A stretch of 63,741 bases of DNA, filler included, from Olpidium bornovanus S191 (lineage: Eukaryota; Fungi; Olpidiomycota), in NCBI GenBank assembly GCA_017911155.1. It is 32 parts of 32 records of this genome, joined end to end, with 100 filler letters (N's around TTAATTAATTAA, not from the genome) between each part and the next. Parts side by side here need not be neighbours in the genome. Positions count along the whole stretch, not along the records: positions 57,276 to 59,255 come from JAEFCI010000841.1; positions 59,356 to 61,320 come from JAEFCI010008789.1; positions 61,421 to 62,611 come from JAEFCI010010829.1; positions 62,712 to 63,741 come from JAEFCI010012418.1; 28 more parts are not named here. The stretch is one strand, 5' to 3'. A program made the position numbers and the translations under genes. Shown here piece by piece: positions 57,813 to 63,741 of the stretch. Numbering within the stretch: the stretch's first letter is position 1; each line of letters begins with the position of its first letter. The notes beneath the pieces were generated by a model, which worked only from the letters and a program-made list of their open reading frames with translations, was not told the DNA's origin and did no database searches.

Positions 57813-58786
57813 TCACGTTTTCCAGGGCCCTGCGTCGCTGTGCACGCACCCGCCGGGGCACTCGCAGGTTCCCCCCAAATACTTTGGAAGGTTGGCCGCG
57901 TCCACGTACTCGAGGAGCTCCTTCTCGTAACTGGAGCCGAGGATCTTGATCTTGCTTATGGTGACCGGGTCGATCAGGGGCTTGATCATTGCCCAGCACG
58001 AGGTGAAAAGCATCGGCGCGTTGACTATGAACATCATGCCCAGCGTTTCGGGGTAGTAGTCCTGGGCAATGGCCGCAGTGCGCTTGATGAAGCCGAGAGC
58101 CGAGGCGAACTGTCGCAGCGAGACACTTTTGAGGTCCAAAATCGTGAACGACTGGCACAACTCGATCCCAGCCACGACGGTGCAGGCCGGGCCGAGCACT
58201 TTCAGGAACCGCTCGTAACCCACGACGTGATTCTTCGTCAGCCGGTCCTCGTTGGTCACTTTGAGTAGAGACGAGAGGTTCAATTTCCCAAGGTGCTCAA
58301 TGTAGACCGGACGCCCTGAAGGGCCGGGGCAAGCATGGTTCGCAGGAGTTAGATAGGCCATGAAGGGCGTCCGGAACGGCTTTCAGGAAAAGCAATGTGA
58401 GACCGGGAGCACCGGCGGAGATTCGCACGGAGGCGAGAGCAGACGGCTTGGGACTTTTTTCCCCTGAGAGCCATACCCAGCCTGTCTGTCTTGTGATAGT
58501 AACGCGGGTAAATTTCCTGGACCTGCGGCAGCTCGTCGAAACGAAAGTCTTTGACCAGCTGGTCGACGCCAAAGTCTTTGCGCCACTGCTCAGCGTTCTT
58601 GAACATGAGCATCGTTTTCGGCAGGTCCCACTTCCTCGCCCGCAAAAAGCGGATGAGGCAGGTGTCGGAGGGCTCGAGGGGGTTGTACAGGCCCTCCGCC
58701 TCGAGCTCCTTGCGAAACTGCTCGAGTTTTGATTTCTGCTCTGGCGTGAGCTGCGTGATGTCTGGCGGGGCCACTTGCCCCGACAT
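57813..58786 (-). CDS. SEC14: Sec14 phosphatidylinositol/phosphatidylcholine transfer protein (CRAL-TRIO)
   Basis: Exons 58786-58477 and 58315-57813. LIRFLRARKWD, YPRYYHKTDRLGRPVYIE, QDYYPETLG.MFIVNAP, KIKILGSSY and LPKYLGG.C.C..GC..SDAGPW. An extra 3' exon is possible. Confidence 0.96.
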
Positions 58787-59072
58787 CGTTCCAGCCGACG
58801 GGGTTGATAATGCTTCCGCTTCGTTATGTTGCGGACAACAGCTGACCCCTCTTGTCAGCTCCTCGTCCTTCTCGTTCACCCTCGCGCTCTTCCCTCGCGC
58901 TGCCGCTGTCCCTCGAACGCTCTCCCGTCTCCGGGTCGTTCGCCGCACGGGGCAGACGGTGCGACTGGCGCAGTGCACGAAGAACGGAGCGAGGGGAAGG
59001 GCCGACGAAGCAGACCAATGCCGGTTTGCCCTGCGTCGCTGCGTGGAGATCTCGGGCGCCTCCGGGAGGTTT

Positions 59073-59112
<40 letters not shown>

Positions 59113-60156
59113 CGGGGGGGGGGGGCCCCCCCCCCCGTTTTTTTTTTTTTTTTTTTTCCGCCTCGCCTCACCTGCTTCAGCAGCATGTTCTCTCCGCGCA
59201 GCCTGACGATGTCCAGGTCCTTCATTTTGAGGAGCTGGCGCAGGCGTTCGCCGCCNNNNNNNNNNNNNNNNNNNNNNNNNNNNNNNNNNNNNNNNNNNNT
59301 TAATTAATTAANNNNNNNNNNNNNNNNNNNNNNNNNNNNNNNNNNNNNNNNNNNNCATGCTCAATATGCCAAATGCCTTCCCCCTTTTTTTGTGCCGTTG
59401 AATGCTCTCGACTTTGAATCCGTCGAGTAAGTTGTGTTCGGACTGAGCCTTCACGACGAGCTGAACCTGATTACGCACACCTCCCTGGAGTGGGATAGTT
59501 TCGCAATTCAGCCCTCCTTGGTGAGCCGAATCCTGACACGCTCCGTCTTCTTTGCCTCCTTAGCGGATTTTACAGACAGCCCTGAGCAAGCTTGATACGC
59601 TGTCGTTTCGGGCTCCACCTTCTACCAAGCCAAATGCGCTGACGCTCGTCATGATCTGCTGTGGCGAGGCGGGTACGTTCGGCCTCGGCCACTTGGGCGA
59701 GCTGCATGTGAATGCGGTCCGCACGCCGAAGGCAGCCCCGCGGCAGTTTCTCTGTCCGACAGGTCAGAAGGGACCACTCCCTCCCGGCCGGCCCGGCACA
59801 GTGCGCGGGCGCGGGAGGGGCCAGGGAGCAGGGAGAAAAGATTGCGGCGGGCGCGGATTGAGGCGGGCGCGGATTGAGCGCGACCGCCGAGAGCAGATTT
59901 TGAGTTGGCCGAACGGCGAGAGAGAACGAGGCTGCCGGCAGGGTGCCGGCACGTGACCGTTGCGGACTCCGCACGCCGCCTCCGCCGCGCGCAACGGGGC
60001 CAACGAAGCAGCCCAGGACGCCGCCTGTCTTCCCGGGCACTTCTCACCGAGGCCCGAGGACTCTGTTGCCACACGAAGGACGGCGCTTTCGGGGCTGGTG
60101 CCGCGCGAGAGATTTGCAAGCGCAACGCGCCCGCCAAAGGCGCGCCGACGGTATCC

Positions 60157-61320
60157 ATGGGTATGGGGAACGAAAAAAGGAAGGGGAGGGAGGGAAAGAG
60201 CGAAGCGAAAACGAAAGAAGCGCGAACCGACGGCGTCGCTTTGAGGTTTGGGAGGCAGATAAGGGCCGTGCGGTTCGCGGATTCCTTTGGTTTTGAAATC
60301 CGAAACCCACGGAACGTTGGGAAAGTTCTTGGGCACGGAAACCAGAAAAAGCGTGTTTTCGTCCTTTGCAGAGATCGCCCACTTACCTTTCTGCCGCGTT
60401 ACCTGTGGATGACGCTCGCCTTGAGGGGAACGTGTTGAAAGAGAGGAATTGGGTGGAAAGAAAGAAAGGAAAATTGCGCCGGAATTGGACCGGGTACCGT
60501 CCGACAGAGTTGGCTCAACGGCCTAATCAACGGCTGCTGGGACGACTATATACCTTGCAGACCACTTCCCGCTTAATTGGGGGAAGCCCAGGACAGATGA
60601 CGACGCCTGGAACCCATACCCGTCCGGCCTTCTGAGCGGAGGGAAGCCCGGATACTATGCGGCTGTGCCGAAAACGGTTACCCAGTGAGTAGGACGCTAA
60701 CAGCGACAGATGAGTACTTCATGCGCAGGGAATCTCGGCGTGCTTTATGAAAAGAAAAGAGAGTGTGTGTGGGGGGAAGGGGCAAGAGCTATTGCCGATA
60801 GGTTTACGGCGCTTTTTGGGCGAAATGAACTTACGGAAGTTTTTTCTTATTCTCTGTGTCGAAGGCAGCCTATTGTAACTGGCACGTCGGTGATCGCAAT
60901 CAAATATAGGAATGGAATCGCCATGGCAGCCGATTGCCTAGGTAGCGTTTTGTCTGTAGCGAATCTATTAAGAAGTGCAAATTTGTGAGGCCACGCTGAT
61001 GGCCCGGTGATTTCTCGACAAAAAATGATAGCATCCTACGGCTCCCTTGCTCGCTTCCGCGACCTCCAACGTGTCATAAGTGTTGGCGACACGACGCTAC
61101 TTGGCGCTTCCGGGGATATATCCGATTTCCAATACGTCAAGCACCTATTGGATCAATTGATGTAAGCAAACCACTTCTTTACTCATTCCTCCGATATGCG
61201 ACTTCTTCTTGAAATCTTACCGAAGTCGCTTTGTCGGCCTCACCCAAATTCTGCAGGACTGAGGAATATGTTGTTGATGATGGACACGTGCTCAACGCTG
61301 TACAGGTGTATGAGTACATG
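60157..61320 (+). CDS. PRE4: 20S proteasome subunit beta-7, 3'-truncated
   Basis: Exons 60157-60160, 60561-60684, 60865-60941, 61032-61161, 61257-. MDHFPLNWGKPR, TQQPIVTGTSVIAIKY, ASYGSLARF and GASGDISDFQ. Confidence 0.95.
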
Positions 61321-61611
61321 NNNNNNNNNNNNNNNNNNNNNNNNNNNNNNNNNNNNNNNNNNNNTTAATTAATTAANNNNNNNNNNNNNNNNNNNNNNNN
61401 NNNNNNNNNNNNNNNNNNNNCATGCGGAAATATAAAAGGATTTAACAGGTCGCTGCCCGCTTTGAAGCGGCGAACGTGCGTGCGGGAGGGGCGGCGTTCA
61501 TTTGCCAGCCACCCGGAGGGCGGGAGAGGAGGGGCTGCGCCTGTTCCTCCCTTCCTGCGGGCTCGGAAAATTTTTCCAATTGGCTTTCCGGCGGACCTCG
61601 TTTCCCCCCCT

Positions 61612-61643
<32 letters not shown>

Positions 61644-62022
61644 CTCCTGTCAAAAAAAAAAAAGGCCCGCCCCCCCCCCCCCCCCCCCCCCCCCTCGAGG
61701 GCTCCTGGCGTTTCGAGCGCTCCCGCGACGCGGGCCGAACAACCCAAGCTGCTCTCCCGTCGTCCAGGCTGTCCATTGCTCCCCCCCTTTCCCCAAACAA
61801 AGGTGGCGCGCGCTCTGCGCCCCGCTGCCAGACCCTGTTGCTGTTGGGTGGACGACTGGGTGCGGGGCCGCTCGGGTTGGGGAGCGCGTGCGGAAGAGCC
61901 GTCGCTGCGTGTCTCGTTTTCCGCTGGTTATCGCTCGCAGCGAGAACCGCGGGCACCTGAAGAGAGAACCTCCTGCGAGGCAGCGCCCCGCCGGGGGAGG
62001 GCGCTCTGCGCGGCGCCGGTCG

Positions 62023-62466
62023 ATGGAGGCCCTCCGGACGACTGCCGAGTCCGTGGCAACGGAGGAGGAGGGCGCCGCCGTCATGGGTGTCGGGCAGCCC
62101 GCCTCGAGTGAGGCGGACGGCGGACTGCCTGCCACGGCGGGGACGGTCGGCGCCCGCTTCGCACTGCAGCCGGAGGAGGCCACTCCATGGGTTGGGACGG
62201 TCCAACAGTCGGTAGCCGTGGACGGAACTGACCTATCGTGCGCGGAACCGCCGCCCACCGCGGAAACGCACCACGCTTCGTACGTCGCGATCGTGCACTT
62301 CGAGCCGGGCGGCGCGTCGGCAGTGGTTCCGGCCGCCTCCACGGGCGCCGCGTACAACGGGCGCGTCGCGGACGTGGTCCGCGCGGGCGAGGGCAAACGC
62401 AAGCGGCCGCGGTGGATGCCCAGGCACCGGGCAATGGAGAACGATTTTTTCAAGGCGGCCAAATGG
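62023..62466 (+). CDS. Hypothetical protein, probable first exon
   Basis: ATG-initiated A/E/T-rich frame ending MENDFFKAAKW before a GTGTGT donor-like site. Family not recognised. Confidence 0.3.
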
Positions 62467-62560
62467 TGTGTGTTTGCGTGTGTATCTTTTTGGCTGTTGG
62501 AAAACGTGCGGCGGATAACGGGCGAGAGGGCGGGGCGGTGGGGGAAGCTGGGGAGGGATG

Positions 62561-62592
<32 letters not shown>

Positions 62593-63638
62593 GGCGGCGG
62601 GGGGGGGCGGGNNNNNNNNNNNNNNNNNNNNNNNNNNNNNNNNNNNNNNNNNNNNTTAATTAATTAANNNNNNNNNNNNNNNNNNNNNNNNNNNNNNNNN
62701 NNNNNNNNNNNAAGAACAGACCAAGACCTGCATAGAACCGTAAAAAATACTTATCCTGCGCACACCGAGTCCATATATACAGGATACACTTTTTATATAA
62801 TCCATATTCTGATAATTATTTCCAGCCTCATGTTTCTGTCAATATCTCCCCGCAGACTTCCCTCCAGCCCGGTTTCGGATCCGCCGCCGAAGTCGGCCGA
62901 CAAAAGAAGGCTGTTGACGATCCTGAATGAGTTTCGAGGGGCGTTCAAGTTCCTCCCGAAGCCACGGCAGCATAGTGCGGTGGGACACAGACGGGGCTTG
63001 TCACCGTCGCCCCTGGAAAATTGTTTGACGAAAAGGGACGCGCGGAGGCGGCCGTCGATCGGTCAACCGTGACCTCGGGCGCAGGAAGCTGCAGCCGGGG
63101 CCGTCGTTATTGATCCGTGACGGTGCTGACTGGAGCACTGGCGGCTTTGGAGCGTCGTCGACGTCAGAATGGACTCAAACCACTAATAGTACTCAATGCA
63201 ATGTCCACTTCCGCCGTGAGCGTCGGTTATTCTCTCCGTTTGCCCTTACAGCAAGAGTCGAAATCCTTAAACTGGGAAAAAAGGGCGCTCCCCTTTTTAA
63301 GCAGGCGCGCACACACATACCGGCCGTTCCTTTTCTTTTTCATTTTTTTTTTTTTTTTCTTTTTCTGTGTTTCGGAACCCGCGGCCGCCCAACTTCTCAA
63401 AGCGGCGTTGTGAGCAGCACGGCCCGCGATCGGCCGCCCCGCCCCGCACGCGAGGCGTGACGCGCGCGACGGGTTCGGCGGGCACCGCTTGGAAATATTC
63501 CGCGGGACGGGCGCGCGGTGCAGGGACGCGGGAGGCGGGGTTTTTTTTTCGTTTTTTTTTTTTTTTTGGCCGTTCGTTTCCCGGCGGGCCGAGGGGGTCC
63601 GGACACGCGCGCCAGGGGGTGTTGGTTGGTGGAGCGGG

Positions 63639-63670
<32 letters not shown>

Positions 63671-63677
63671 CCCCCCG

Positions 63678-63729
<52 letters not shown>

Positions 63730-63741
63730 CCCACCTCTCCT

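Overview
This window is not continuous DNA. It holds 32 short contigs (about 1-4.6 kb) joined by artificial 100-bp spacers (44 N + TTAATTAATTAA + 44 N), so neighbouring contigs are unlinked and many genes are truncated. The source is a GC-rich, intron-rich eukaryote, most likely a flagellated early-diverging fungus: a velvet regulator, an MBF/SBF-like subunit and CTAAC branch points occur together with the axonemal gene CFAP44 and a base-exchange PS synthase. An Olpidium-like or chytrid draft is my unverified guess. Recognisable genes: DRS1 (3' part), SUZ-domain protein, NHX1, MGR2 (exon 1), ODC carrier, velvet, ankyrin fragment, RPL19, HBN1/FRM2 nitroreductase, 3xRRM protein, CFAP44, TMA46, PTDSS, S1/P1 nuclease, a secreted repeat protein, a microbial rhodopsin, CDC55, SEC14 and PRE4. 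There are also dead Gypsy, Copia, piggyBac and possibly MULE elements. Most interesting: (1) a spliced 8-TM CyclOp/NeoR-type rhodopsin with an intact Schiff-base Lys, a neutral Gln counterion site, a Lys in helix C and no visible cyclase; (2) a TpA-saturated, RIP-like block beside a Copia relic; (3) inverted telomeric repeats in a velvet intron that supply and could hide the branch point; (4) a layered repeat contig. No rRNA, tRNA or CRISPR array was seen. All family calls come from motif recall and manual splicing, not database searches.
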